DNA of 64,000 bases from an uncultured OCS116 cluster bacterium (lineage in GTDB: Bacteria; Pseudomonadota; Alphaproteobacteria; Rhizobiales; TMED25): assembly GCA_902613795.1 (NCBI GenBank), contig CACMIP010000001.1, positions 42,087-106,086 on the forward strand. Reading direction: 5' to 3'. This document shows positions 1 through 8,523 of the stretch, in pieces. Numbering within the stretch: position 1 is the first letter of the stretch; every line of letters begins with the position of its first letter. Position numbers and translations under genes: made by a program. A model generated the notes under the pieces. That model ran no database searches. It was not told the DNA's origin and worked only from the letters and a program-made list of their open reading frames with translations.

Positions 1-525
1 TTCACCGCATATATATGCCCCTGCTCCATGGTGCACGTAAATATCAAAATCCCAACCCGATTGACATGCATTTTTTCCGATAAAGCCGGCTTCATAGGCT
101 TCGTCAATTGCCTTTTGTAAGGAGTATCTCTCATTTACATATTCGCCTCTAACATAAACATAACAGACATTGGCACTCATCGCGAATGAGGCAATTAAAC
201 ATCCTTCTATGAATTGATGGGGCTCATTTCGTAATATTTCCCTATCTTTACAGGTGCCAGGCTCCGACTCATCTGCGTTGACAACAAGATAGTGTGGGCG
301 ATCCTTTACCTCTTTTGGCATGAAGGACCATTTTAATCCAGTTGGAAAACCGGCGCCACCCCGACCCCTTAGGCCGGATGCCTTTAATTCTTCAATTATC
401 CAATCTTTGCCCTTACTTAATAAAGTTTTCGTGCTATCCCAATTACCCCTCCGGATTGCAGCGCTAATTTCTGAGCTGTTGGCCCCGTATATATTTGTAA
501 ATATTTTATCTTCATTCTTAAGCAT
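1..525 (-). CDS. nuoF: NADH-quinone oxidoreductase subunit F, N-terminal part (gene runs off the left window edge)
   Basis: Not in the ORF track; the + ORF 320..538 is its antisense shadow. Minus-strand translation from ATG at 525 gives [14 protein letters not shown]...[19 protein letters not shown]...[18 protein letters not shown]...[11 protein letters not shown]. These are the NuoF/51-kDa NADH/FMN-site motifs. The ATG overlaps the nuoE stop (ATGCTTAA). Confidence 0.9.
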   Translation of the reverse strand, partial: MLKNEDKIFTNIYGANSSEISAAIRRGNWDSTKTLLSKGKDWIIEELKASGLRGRGGAGFPTGLKWSFMPKEVKDRPHYLVVNADESEPGTCKDREILRNEPHQFIEGCLIASFAMSANVCYVYVRGEYVNERYSLQKAIDEAYEAGFIGKNACQSGWDFDIYVHHGAGAYICGE

Positions 526-1162
526 TTTTGGCCTCTAAACCTGGTTTTGTTCTATTTTTTGCAATCTCTTCTATTTCATCCTCAGTTAAAATTTGTATAT
601 TTTTATTATCTGGAGCTGATGAAAGCCTGTCTTTATAAGAGCCAGGTTTTATCTCTTTTTTATTCCTTAGATCGTCTATAATATTTTTTAAATCAGTTAC
701 TGCTAAATCTTCGTAATAATCATCGTTTATCTGAATTACTGGTGCATTACAACAAGCACCAAGACATTCCACTTCTACCCACGATAGATTGTCTTTGCTT
801 ACTGAACTCTGCTCTCCAATTTCTTCATACAGTAGACTCTTTAATTTTTCCGAACCTGATAGCATACATGGTGTAGTACCACATATTTGAAAATGATGAG
901 CACCAACTGGGTTAAGATTAAACATAGTGTAGAATGTTGCAATCTCCATCACACGAATTTGTGGTAGATCTAGAAATTTGGCAATATAATCTATAATATC
1001 CGATGATAACCAACCTTTATTTTGTCTCTGTGCAATCCACAAAATTGATATAATCGCTGATCCCTCTCTACCTTTAGGGTATTTCTTAAGCTCCCTTTCA
1101 GCTAGTAATAAATTCTCCTTAGTGAAGCTGAAGTTATTATTATTTTTTTTGTTTTCTGTCAT
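518..1162 (-). CDS. nuoE: NADH-quinone oxidoreductase subunit E (24-kDa, 2Fe-2S)
   Basis: CGTTPCML ... [11 protein letters not shown] cysteine motifs. Sits between nuoD and nuoF. Confidence 0.9.
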   Translation of the reverse strand: MTENKKNNNNFSFTKENLLLAERELKKYPKGREGSAIISILWIAQRQNKGWLSSDIIDYIAKFLDLPQIRVMEIATFYTMFNLNPVGAHHFQICGTTPCMLSGSEKLKSLLYEEIGEQSSVSKDNLSWVEVECLGACCNAPVIQINDDYYEDLAVTDLKNIIDDLRNKKEIKPGSYKDRLSSAPDNKNIQILTEDEIEEIAKNRTKPGLEAKNA

Positions 1163-1170
1163 TATATAAT

Positions 1171-2364
1171 CTACCGATCTACTTCGCCAAAAACGATGTC
1201 AAGAGAGCCTAGTACAGCTGACACATCAGCGAGCATATGCCCTTTACACATGTAATCCATTGCTTGTAAATGAGCGAATCCTGGTGCCCTGATTTTACAG
1301 CGATAAGGTTTATTTGAGTCGTCAGAAACTAAGTACACACCGAATTCCCCTTTTGGTGCTTCAACGGCTCTATAAATTTCACCTTTTGGCACATGGTATC
1401 CCTCTGTGTATAATTTAAAATGATGTATCAGAGCTTCCATTGACTTTTTCATTTCAGCTCTTTTGGGTGGAAATAATTTATTATTTTCTGTTGATACAGG
1501 GCCACCCTCTTTTCTTAACATATCTATACACTGTGACATTATTTTTAATGATTGCTTCATTTCTTCAACCCTCAAGAGATATCTGTCATAACAATCACTA
1601 TTCTTTCCAATAGGAATTTCAAATTCTAGCTCCGAATATATTTCATACGGTTGAGATCTTCTCAGATCCCAAGGGAGCCCAGTCCCCCTAATCATTACTC
1701 CAGAAAAGCCATATTGTTGGGCGTCTTCCTGGCTTATGAAGCCAATATCAACATTTCTTTGTTTAAAAATTCTATTCTCAGTTAACAGCTCTTCGATATC
1801 ATTAATAACAACTGGATGCGTTTCTGTAAAATTCTCGATATCATCTATAAGATCATCGGGCAGGTCTTGATGCACGCCCCCAGGTCGAAAATATGCTGCA
1901 TGCATCCTACTTCCAGATGCTCTTTCATAAAAGCACATCAATTTCTCGCGTTCTTCAAAACCCCAAAGTGGTGGGGTCAAGGCACCGACATCCATTGCTT
2001 GTGTTGTGATATTTAGTAGATGAGATAATATTCTTCCTATTTCCGAGTATAATACTCGAATTATCTGTCCACGACGAGGAACATCAATACCCAATAAGGA
2101 CTCGACAGCAAGAGAAAAAGCATGCTCTTGGTTCATGGGTGCGACATAGTCAAGGCGGTCAAAATATGGTACTGCCTGAGTGTATGTTTTATTTTCAATA
2201 AGCTTTTCTGTGCCCCGATGCAAAAGTCCAATATGGGGGTCAACTCGATCTACAATCTCACCATCAAGCTCAAGTACCAATCTTAAGACTCCATGCGCAG
2301 CTGGATGCTGTGGTCCAAAATTTATTGTGAAAGTATTATCTTTTTTTGTATTAGTCATCTTCAT
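1171..2364 (-). CDS. nuoD: NADH-quinone oxidoreductase subunit D (49-kDa)
   Basis: [14 protein letters not shown] near the N-terminus and DIVFGEVDR at the C-terminus. Start trimmed from the ORF-track 2442 to ATG 2364 (MKMTNTKK), which overlaps the nuoC stop; the upstream 26 codons lie inside nuoC. Confidence 0.9.
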   Translation of the reverse strand: MKMTNTKKDNTFTINFGPQHPAAHGVLRLVLELDGEIVDRVDPHIGLLHRGTEKLIENKTYTQAVPYFDRLDYVAPMNQEHAFSLAVESLLGIDVPRRGQIIRVLYSEIGRILSHLLNITTQAMDVGALTPPLWGFEEREKLMCFYERASGSRMHAAYFRPGGVHQDLPDDLIDDIENFTETHPVVINDIEELLTENRIFKQRNVDIGFISQEDAQQYGFSGVMIRGTGLPWDLRRSQPYEIYSELEFEIPIGKNSDCYDRYLLRVEEMKQSLKIMSQCIDMLRKEGGPVSTENNKLFPPKRAEMKKSMEALIHHFKLYTEGYHVPKGEIYRAVEAPKGEFGVYLVSDDSNKPYRCKIRAPGFAHLQAMDYMCKGHMLADVSAVLGSLDIVFGEVDR

Positions 2365-2971
2365 TGGTCTCGTTACTGTTTGCTTCTGAAATATGCCCCA
2401 ACCATGGGCTCTCAAAATCAAAATCTCTAAATTCTTGTCCAAGCTCCACGGGCTCTTGAATTACCCTTTTTTGCGTATCATCGTATCTAACTTGAGTGTA
2501 ACCAGTAAGAGGAAAATCTTTTCGTAAAGGGAATCCCTGAAAATTGTAATCCGTCAGCATACGTCTCATATCAGGATGATTGGAGAAAGTTATTCCGTAT
2601 AGATCATATGCCTCTCTCTCGTACCACTCTGCTGCTGGAAAGATGTTGACAATGGATGGGACTGGTTGGTTATCACTGGTTGAAATTTTAACTCTTATTC
2701 GTTTATTTTTTGTCATTGATAATAGATGGTAAACGACATCAAATCTGTCAGGCCGATTTGGGTAATCAACTCCACAAATGTCGATTAATGTTGAATATTG
2801 TAAGTCTCGTGACTCTTTTAAGAATCTAATAAAATCATGAGTAATTTCTGATGCGATAGAAACCGAAAAATCATGGTAGGATTCGATATTTATAATTGAT
2901 TTTTTGAAGTTTGCATGAAGTAGTTTCTGAATGTCTTCATCATTTAGGTTTGCGGGGGTTTTTTTAGGCAT
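2351..2971 (-). CDS. nuoC: NADH-quinone oxidoreductase subunit C (30-kDa)
   Basis: [29 protein letters not shown] motif; operon position. Confidence 0.9.
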   Translation of the reverse strand: MPKKTPANLNDEDIQKLLHANFKKSIINIESYHDFSVSIASEITHDFIRFLKESRDLQYSTLIDICGVDYPNRPDRFDVVYHLLSMTKNKRIRVKISTSDNQPVPSIVNIFPAAEWYEREAYDLYGITFSNHPDMRRMLTDYNFQGFPLRKDFPLTGYTQVRYDDTQKRVIQEPVELGQEFRDFDFESPWLGHISEANSNETNEDD

Positions 2972-2983
2972 TGGAATACTTGA

Positions 2984-3505
2984 TTATCTTGTTATATTTC
3001 CGGTTCTTCGTATTTTTCGTTGCAATTGTAGAATCCCATACAATAACGCTTCTGCTGTTGGGGGGCATCCAGGAACATAGACATCTACTGGTACAATCCT
3101 ATCACAGCCTCTAACTACAGAATATGAATAATGATAGTATCCTCCACCATTTGCACAACTACCCATAGAAATAACATAGCGTGGCTCAGGCATTTGGTCG
3201 TAAACTTTTCTTAAAGCCGGTGCCATTTTATTTGTAAGTGTTCCAGCAACAATCATGAGATCGGATTGCCTTGGTGAAGCTCTTGGCGCAGTGCCAAATC
3301 TTTCAAGATCGTATCTTGGCATAGATGCCTGCATCATTTCGACTGCACAACAAGCGAGTCCAAATGTCATCCACATCAAGGAGCCAGTTCTAGCCCAATT
3401 TATTAACTCATCAACAGAGGTTACAAGAAAGCCTTTATCTGATAATTCCCCTGATAAACCTTTGAAATACTCGTCCTGATCTATGGTTTGATCTTGTATT
3501 GTCAT
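2984..3505 (-). CDS. nuoB: NADH-quinone oxidoreductase subunit B (20-kDa, N2 cluster)
   Basis: [20 protein letters not shown] and GCPPTAEAL motifs. Start moved to ATG 3505 (MTIQDQ), 1 nt after the nuoA stop; the longer track ORF overlaps nuoA. Confidence 0.9.
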   Translation of the reverse strand: MTIQDQTIDQDEYFKGLSGELSDKGFLVTSVDELINWARTGSLMWMTFGLACCAVEMMQASMPRYDLERFGTAPRASPRQSDLMIVAGTLTNKMAPALRKVYDQMPEPRYVISMGSCANGGGYYHYSYSVVRGCDRIVPVDVYVPGCPPTAEALLYGILQLQRKIRRTGNITR

Positions 3506-3506
3506 A

Positions 3507-3896
3507 TTAGTCCCACTCGAGCGCACCTTTTTTCCATTCATATACAAAACCAACGGTTAGAACTGCTAAAAAGATCATCATGGATATGTAGCCGAACACA
3601 CCAATTTTACCTAGTGTAATCGCCCAAGGGAATAGGAATGCTACCTCAAGATCAAATATAATAAATAAAATTGCTACTAAGTAAAATCTTATATCAAACT
3701 TTACGCGGGCATTTTCGAATGGCTCAAAACCACATTCGTAAGTGGATAATTTTTCATTGTCCGGATTTGATTTCGCCAATATAAAAGATGAGCCCATGAG
3801 AGCGGCAGACACAACTATTGCAACACCAATAAAAATCAGAATAGGTAGGTAATCAAGAATGATTGGATTCATAAATAATTCCATGTGTAATTTCAA
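3507..3896 (-). CDS. nuoA: NADH-quinone oxidoreductase subunit A
   Basis: Small 3-TM protein ending [13 protein letters not shown] and first in the nuo order. Internal ATGs at 3884 or 3872 ([12 protein letters not shown]) are equally plausible starts. Confidence 0.85.
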   Translation of the reverse strand: MKLHMELFMNPIILDYLPILIFIGVAIVVSAALMGSSFILAKSNPDNEKLSTYECGFEPFENARVKFDIRFYLVAILFIIFDLEVAFLFPWAITLGKIGVFGYISMMIFLAVLTVGFVYEWKKGALEWD

Positions 3897-3992
3897 TTAT
3901 TATTATTATAAATTGACTGTCATAACAAGTAATTTAATATTAAAATTTACATTATAAGCAACTTTTATAAATTTCAATTAATTGATAAAAAG

Positions 3993-4658
3993 ATGATTAC
4001 CCTATTTGACTTATCCGGAAAAAATGATTTACGCTTCAGCCCCTACTGCTGGAGGGTAAAATATCTATTAAATTTTAGGAAAATCACATACCAAGCTAAA
4101 CCAACCTGTTTTACTGAAAGAATGAATAATACTTTTTTTGGTGATGCAAAGTTACCGACAATCACGGATGATGGCATAAAAATAACAAACTCATTTAATA
4201 TTGCAGAGCACATTGAAAATAAGTATGTGGACATCGATCAAAGAATAATTAACTCAGATAATAAGTCATCATTATATTTCATAAATCATTGGTCCGATCA
4301 TTTTCTTAATGCCTCAATATTAGAGAGAGTGGCCTATGATATTATCAGTGTTCTTGATGATAAAGATATTGAATACTTTATTGAAAGTCGTAGTAAAAGA
4401 TTTGGGATGAGCCCAAAAGATTTTCAGGCGCGCAATATAAAGAAATCAGAAAATAGTTTTTATAAATGCTGTAATTTTCTTGATAAGATTTTAGAGAAGC
4501 AAAGGTATTTACTTGGTGAAAATATTACATACGCAGAGATGATTGTTCTTGGCTCATTTACATGGGGCGAAAAGGTTAGCAAAAATACGCAAATTGAAAA
4601 AAAATTTGAGAGATTGTCAGCTTGGAAAAAAGAGTTGACGATAACGTTAGGCCATTGA
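3993..4658 (+). CDS. Glutathione S-transferase-like protein (thioredoxin-fold N-domain)
   Basis: About 220 aa. N-terminal FSPYCWRVKYLL ... LPTITDDG pattern typical of the GST N-domain. Family-level call only. Confidence 0.55.
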   Translation: MITLFDLSGKNDLRFSPYCWRVKYLLNFRKITYQAKPTCFTERMNNTFFGDAKLPTITDDGIKITNSFNIAEHIENKYVDIDQRIINSDNKSSLYFINHWSDHFLNASILERVAYDIISVLDDKDIEYFIESRSKRFGMSPKDFQARNIKKSENSFYKCCNFLDKILEKQRYLLGENITYAEMIVLGSFTWGEKVSKNTQIEKKFERLSAWKKELTITLGH

Positions 4659-4680
4659 GATGCTAAAGAATTAGCATCTC
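4657..4680. terminator. Perfect 10-bp hairpin between convergent genes (possible bidirectional terminator)
   Basis: GAGATGCTAA-agaa-TTAGCATCTC begins within the GST-like stop codon and ends 16 nt before the Sel1-like stop. The flanking U-tracts are weak. Confidence 0.45.
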
Positions 4681-4695
4681 AATATGTCTTTTTAA

Positions 4696-5232
4696 TTAGT
4701 ATGGGCAGTCAACATAACCTGAACTTAAACAAGCATCTATTGCTTTTGCGGCTGACGCCATTTGTGCATCTGTTAGTTCCTGTTGGTAGGCTGAAGCTTG
4801 CTTTTGATATCTTCTCTGACTTTTTGACTTTGGATTCGCTGAAACCATTACCCAAGTATATGCTTTTTCTAAATCCTGCTCGACAGCATCTCCTTGATAG
4901 TATGCTTGACCTAAAGCGAATTGAGCAACTACGTTACCGCCTTTCGAAGCTCTTTCCCACCACTTAATTGCTTCATCCATTCTGTCTTGACCATCATCTC
5001 TGAATGCGTGTATGTGCCCAATTTCTTGTTGTGCTCTTGTTTGAGGATTCCAGAAAGGTATCCAAGAACCTTTTTCAGCAATTGGTTCATATATGGCGAT
5101 TGCCTGATCATAGCGTTTACCTTGCTGTGCAGTAGCTCCATCTCTCATATCTTGTGATGATGAGTAGCCAGCCCAAATAATAAGCGCAAAGCCAAGAACT
5201 AATCCAGCTCTCCATAAAATTCCTTTATCCAT
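4696..5232 (-). CDS. Membrane-anchored Sel1/TPR-like repeat protein
   Basis: N-terminal TM segment (AGLVLGFALIIWAG). Sel1-like repeats (AIKWWERASKGGNVVAQFALGQAYYQGDAVEQDLEKAYTW). C-terminal Cys pair (CLSSGYVDCPY). Amino-acid composition (A/Q/W/G-rich) differs visibly from its K/N/I-rich neighbours. Confidence 0.6.
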   Translation of the reverse strand: MDKGILWRAGLVLGFALIIWAGYSSSQDMRDGATAQQGKRYDQAIAIYEPIAEKGSWIPFWNPQTRAQQEIGHIHAFRDDGQDRMDEAIKWWERASKGGNVVAQFALGQAYYQGDAVEQDLEKAYTWVMVSANPKSKSQRRYQKQASAYQQELTDAQMASAAKAIDACLSSGYVDCPY

Positions 5233-5261
5233 TTTTTAAATCCTATTCTAAAATTAAAAGA

Positions 5262-5966
5262 CTAATACAATCCATATCTTAACATTACTTTGTAGGCTTC
5301 TCTGTTCCCTGATTCGGCTTGCTGACTTATATAATTATCTATCCGTTCATATTCTGACGCATAATTAACAGCTTCCTGCAGGGCTTCAAAACCAACCGCG
5401 CCTCTCATATTTAGATCCCTTATAAAATAGGATGGCGTACCAGAGACTGATAGAGAATAACCTAAAACTTTATTATTGGCAATCATATCATTTACTTCTT
5501 GGCTCTTAAAATCCTGCTCTAATTTTTCGATATCAAGACCAATTTCTGCCGCAATGTCTATCGCCATTTGATATGTTACTCTTCCAGGTTTATTAAGTAA
5601 TTCAGTGTGATATTCGAAATATTTTCCTTGAAACCCTGCCGCAATAGATAATTGAGACAGCTCATGTGAATTTTCATTTAAAATTGGATAATCCTTTAAC
5701 ACAACACGAACATTTGGATTTTTTGAAATCACAGCATTTAAATCAGCTAGCGCCCTTTTGCAATAACCACAATTATAGTCAAAGAATTCTACAATAGTGA
5801 TATCTCCTTCCGGGTTACCAATTATAAAATCATCAGGGTTTTCATAGAGTTCAGCTTGAAATTTATCAATTAATCTTGATTCTAAATATAACCTTTCAAT
5901 TGCAGACCCCTCTGATTTAGATACAAAGCAAGCTAAAATGATAAAAATGCTTAATAATTTTTTCAT
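5262..5966 (-). CDS. Periplasmic DsbA-family thiol:disulfide oxidoreductase
   Basis: Signal peptide plus the thioredoxin-fold active site FFDYNCGYCKRA (CxxC). Confidence 0.8.
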   Translation of the reverse strand: MKKLLSIFIILACFVSKSEGSAIERLYLESRLIDKFQAELYENPDDFIIGNPEGDITIVEFFDYNCGYCKRALADLNAVISKNPNVRVVLKDYPILNENSHELSQLSIAAGFQGKYFEYHTELLNKPGRVTYQMAIDIAAEIGLDIEKLEQDFKSQEVNDMIANNKVLGYSLSVSGTPSYFIRDLNMRGAVGFEALQEAVNYASEYERIDNYISQQAESGNREAYKVMLRYGLY

Positions 5967-5968
5967 TG

Positions 5969-6121
5969 TTATTCTTCCTTACATGGGGCTCCACATGGTG
6001 CACAAGCTTCTTCTGTTTGGCCAGGGGAAGATATTGATAAAACGGGACTTGTAAGATGATCGTAAATAATCAGTGTAAGAGTTAGAATAATAATGATTAT
6101 ATATACTTTTTTTTCATTCAT
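5969..6121 (-). CDS. Unannotated 50-aa single-TM peptide with CxxCxxxC tail
   Basis: Below the ORF-track size cutoff. ATG at 6121 overlaps the yeeE stop (TAATG). The TAA at 5969-5971 lies 2 nt before the dsbA-like ATG. Translation: MNEKKVYIIIIILTLTLIIYDHLTSPVLSISSPGQTEEACAPCGAPCKEE. The Cys tail is encoded by a locally GC-rich patch. Confidence 0.55.
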   Translation of the reverse strand: MNEKKVYIIIIILTLTLIIYDHLTSPVLSISSPGQTEEACAPCGAPCKEE

Positions 6122-7221
6122 TATCTGAAACCCACTTTATCTCTGTAAATAATACCAAAATATGTGCCAACAAAAGCCATAGCAAACCATATCCAACCGT
6201 GCAAACTACCTGAAGCTGTACCGCCCAAAAATGCCCCGATATTACAACCAAAACTTAAGCGAGCACCAATACCCATCAGTAATCCACCAATAGCCGCAGA
6301 TATTAATTCAACTTTTGGAGGCCATTTAGCAGAGGAAAACAGACCAATCATGGAGGCAAGGAGTCCTGCACCAATTATCATTCCAATATTTATTAAGCTA
6401 CTTGTATCGGAAAGTACAGAATGCTCGAGAGATCTTTTAGGCCCACTGTAATTCCAAAATGTGAATGACTCAATTGGAATTCCGACGGATTGAAATAGCT
6501 TTGCACCCCATAATGTAAAACCATAGGTCACACCCCACGGCGATCCAGAGAAAATCAGAACCAAAACACATAAAATTGCCACAGCAAAAGTTCCAAGAAG
6601 TAATTTTTTATCTATCATGATATTCCTTTTTCGAACATACATGTGAAACAAAAGGAATACTCCAAAAAGCGCAATGAAATTGACCAATGTTTTATAAATT
6701 ACGGTAGCGTTACCTGCAATAATAATCTGTCCAAGTGACATAATATCAATAACAAAGGGCAGCATGAATGTGCCAATAACTGAACCAATGATAAAGAATG
6801 GAAGGGCAACCATCATCCGCGTCGAGCCTGAACCGAATGTGAATAGAACACCAGAACCACATCCGTTTGCAAGTTGCATTCCAAAACCAAAAATGAAAGC
6901 ACCAATTAGCAAAGATAAATTTACAGGTGCATAGCTTCCTATGATATTTGGACTTAATTCTATTAGCGGAATGAAAATAACGCAGCAAAGAGAAGCCAAA
7001 AGAAAGTGACAAGAAATCATAGATGGATTCTTATTTACAATTAAGCTTCTCCATCCTGATGCAAATCCATATTGAAAAAAAAGAAATACGCCACCGAGCG
7101 ATATACCTAGTAATAATAAGATTATTCCTTGGCTACCAGAGTCAAAAAAACTTAGCAGGCCTAAAAATAGACCTGCTAGTGTAAGTAAGGTAAAAATACC
7201 AATATTACTTATTATCAACAT
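6121..7221 (-). CDS. yeeE: YeeE/YedE-family sulfur (thiosulfate) transporter
   Basis: Polytopic membrane protein with the two signature Cys loops LANGCGSG and SFGCNIGAF. Confidence 0.8.
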   Translation of the reverse strand: MLIISNIGIFTLLTLAGLFLGLLSFFDSGSQGIILLLLGISLGGVFLFFQYGFASGWRSLIVNKNPSMISCHFLLASLCCVIFIPLIELSPNIIGSYAPVNLSLLIGAFIFGFGMQLANGCGSGVLFTFGSGSTRMMVALPFFIIGSVIGTFMLPFVIDIMSLGQIIIAGNATVIYKTLVNFIALFGVFLLFHMYVRKRNIMIDKKLLLGTFAVAILCVLVLIFSGSPWGVTYGFTLWGAKLFQSVGIPIESFTFWNYSGPKRSLEHSVLSDTSSLINIGMIIGAGLLASMIGLFSSAKWPPKVELISAAIGGLLMGIGARLSFGCNIGAFLGGTASGSLHGWIWFAMAFVGTYFGIIYRDKVGFR

Positions 7222-7262
7222 AATAAATGTATATCATAATTTTTTGCTGAAAATAAACAATA

Positions 7263-8279
7263 TTAACCAATCATACCCTTCAGTTTATCAAGGTTTGACG
7301 GACCTGATGTCTCCAATGGTCGTGATGGGTCTTCAGTCCACTCCACCATTGAACCATCATATAATTTGACATTTTTGTTACCCAATATCTCTGATAGAAC
7401 AAACCAGTTATTTGCTGCCCAATGTCCAGTGTTGCAGTAACTTACCACATCTTCGTTGATGTAATCAGAGAAGATTTCCTTAAGTTCGGATTCTGTTTTT
7501 AGCGTATTGTTAGCCACGTTATATGCGTTTTCTTGAAACAACAGGACGGAACCAGGTAGTCTTCCAGCGGCGCGTGCTTTACCATGCTTTGCCTCGGCGT
7601 AAAATTGATTTTCTGGCCTACCATCTAGCAATATCACATCAGATTTTGAGTCTACAATTTTTGCGACATCACCTGTACTGATGTACAGCTCTGGGTTGAA
7701 CTTTGCTGTGAAATTGCCTGTATCTATCGTATCATAGGCGCCCGTTGCAATTTGATTTGGATATGCATTTTCCCATGCACTGTAGCCACCATCAAGAATA
7801 GAAACATTTTCGTGTCCAAACACTTTAAAGGTCCAATAACTTCTCGCGGCGCTACCAAAATCTGTTGAAGACACACCAGCAGGAATAATTACAACATGTG
7901 TATCAGAATTTACACCCAAACTCCTTGCGAGCTCTTGAAATTGGCTTTCAGTTGGCACAAGACCTACTGTGTTGTCCACTTTTACTCTCCAACCATCTTT
8001 CATGTAATCAGAATGGATTGATGTTGGAATATGACCCTCAAGGTACGTTTCATAACTTCCATCACCAATAGAGTTTCTTATATCTATAAGTAGAATGTTA
8101 TCATTCGTTTCGCCAGATTGAATTTTGTTGTATACCCAATCACTTGATACTAATGGTGTAGCATTTACCTGCGTACGCTCATCATGATCGCACCCACCTG
8201 CAGAAGCTGGTATGGGATTTGAAGCTGTTATAATTAGAATTGTGAATAGAGATAATACATTAAGTAGATATTTTGGCAT
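7263..8279 (-). CDS. Secreted tandem-rhodanese sulfurtransferase
   Basis: Signal peptide (possibly a weak lipobox, ASAGGC). Two rhodanese domains. Catalytic loop YCNTGHWAA in the C-terminal domain. Confidence 0.8.
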   Translation of the reverse strand: MPKYLLNVLSLFTILIITASNPIPASAGGCDHDERTQVNATPLVSSDWVYNKIQSGETNDNILLIDIRNSIGDGSYETYLEGHIPTSIHSDYMKDGWRVKVDNTVGLVPTESQFQELARSLGVNSDTHVVIIPAGVSSTDFGSAARSYWTFKVFGHENVSILDGGYSAWENAYPNQIATGAYDTIDTGNFTAKFNPELYISTGDVAKIVDSKSDVILLDGRPENQFYAEAKHGKARAAGRLPGSVLLFQENAYNVANNTLKTESELKEIFSDYINEDVVSYCNTGHWAANNWFVLSEILGNKNVKLYDGSMVEWTEDPSRPLETSGPSNLDKLKGMIG

Positions 8280-8426
8280 TTTGTTCTCCTTTAGTATCTA
8301 GTTTAAAATTTACCCCCGCTTTAGTACTTTTGGGTTATGCCATGGTGTACAAGTTGGTTATTAAATACCGTGATTCGTATTTAATGATCAGCGAAACCTA
8401 CTTTCAATACTCAAATTTTAAAAAAA

Positions 8427-8454
8427 AATATAGTTTCTAAAAAAATTTTGTAAA
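8427..8454 (-). promoter_or_regulatory. Candidate sigma-70 promoter for the rhodanese-yeeE cluster
   Basis: Minus strand reads TTTACA-16 nt-TATATT. This would give a leader of roughly 140 nt. Such hexamers are common in AT-rich DNA. Confidence 0.25.
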
Positions 8455-8523
8455 CAATGAATTGAATCTAAAAAAATGAATCAATGTGGAATAATATTTT
8501 CTTCAAATCTAATAGTTTTCCGT

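Noticed and set aside
320-538. 72-aa + strand ORF at the left edge
   Set aside because: It lies entirely antisense to an unmistakable nuoF reading frame ([20 protein letters not shown]). It is a shadow ORF.
8280-8523. SAM-II/SAM-V-type riboswitch upstream of the sulfur cluster
   Set aside because: An AAAGCG element is present near the RBS, but I find no complementary loop sequence that would form the class-defining pseudoknot. The region is retained only as an unclassified long leader.
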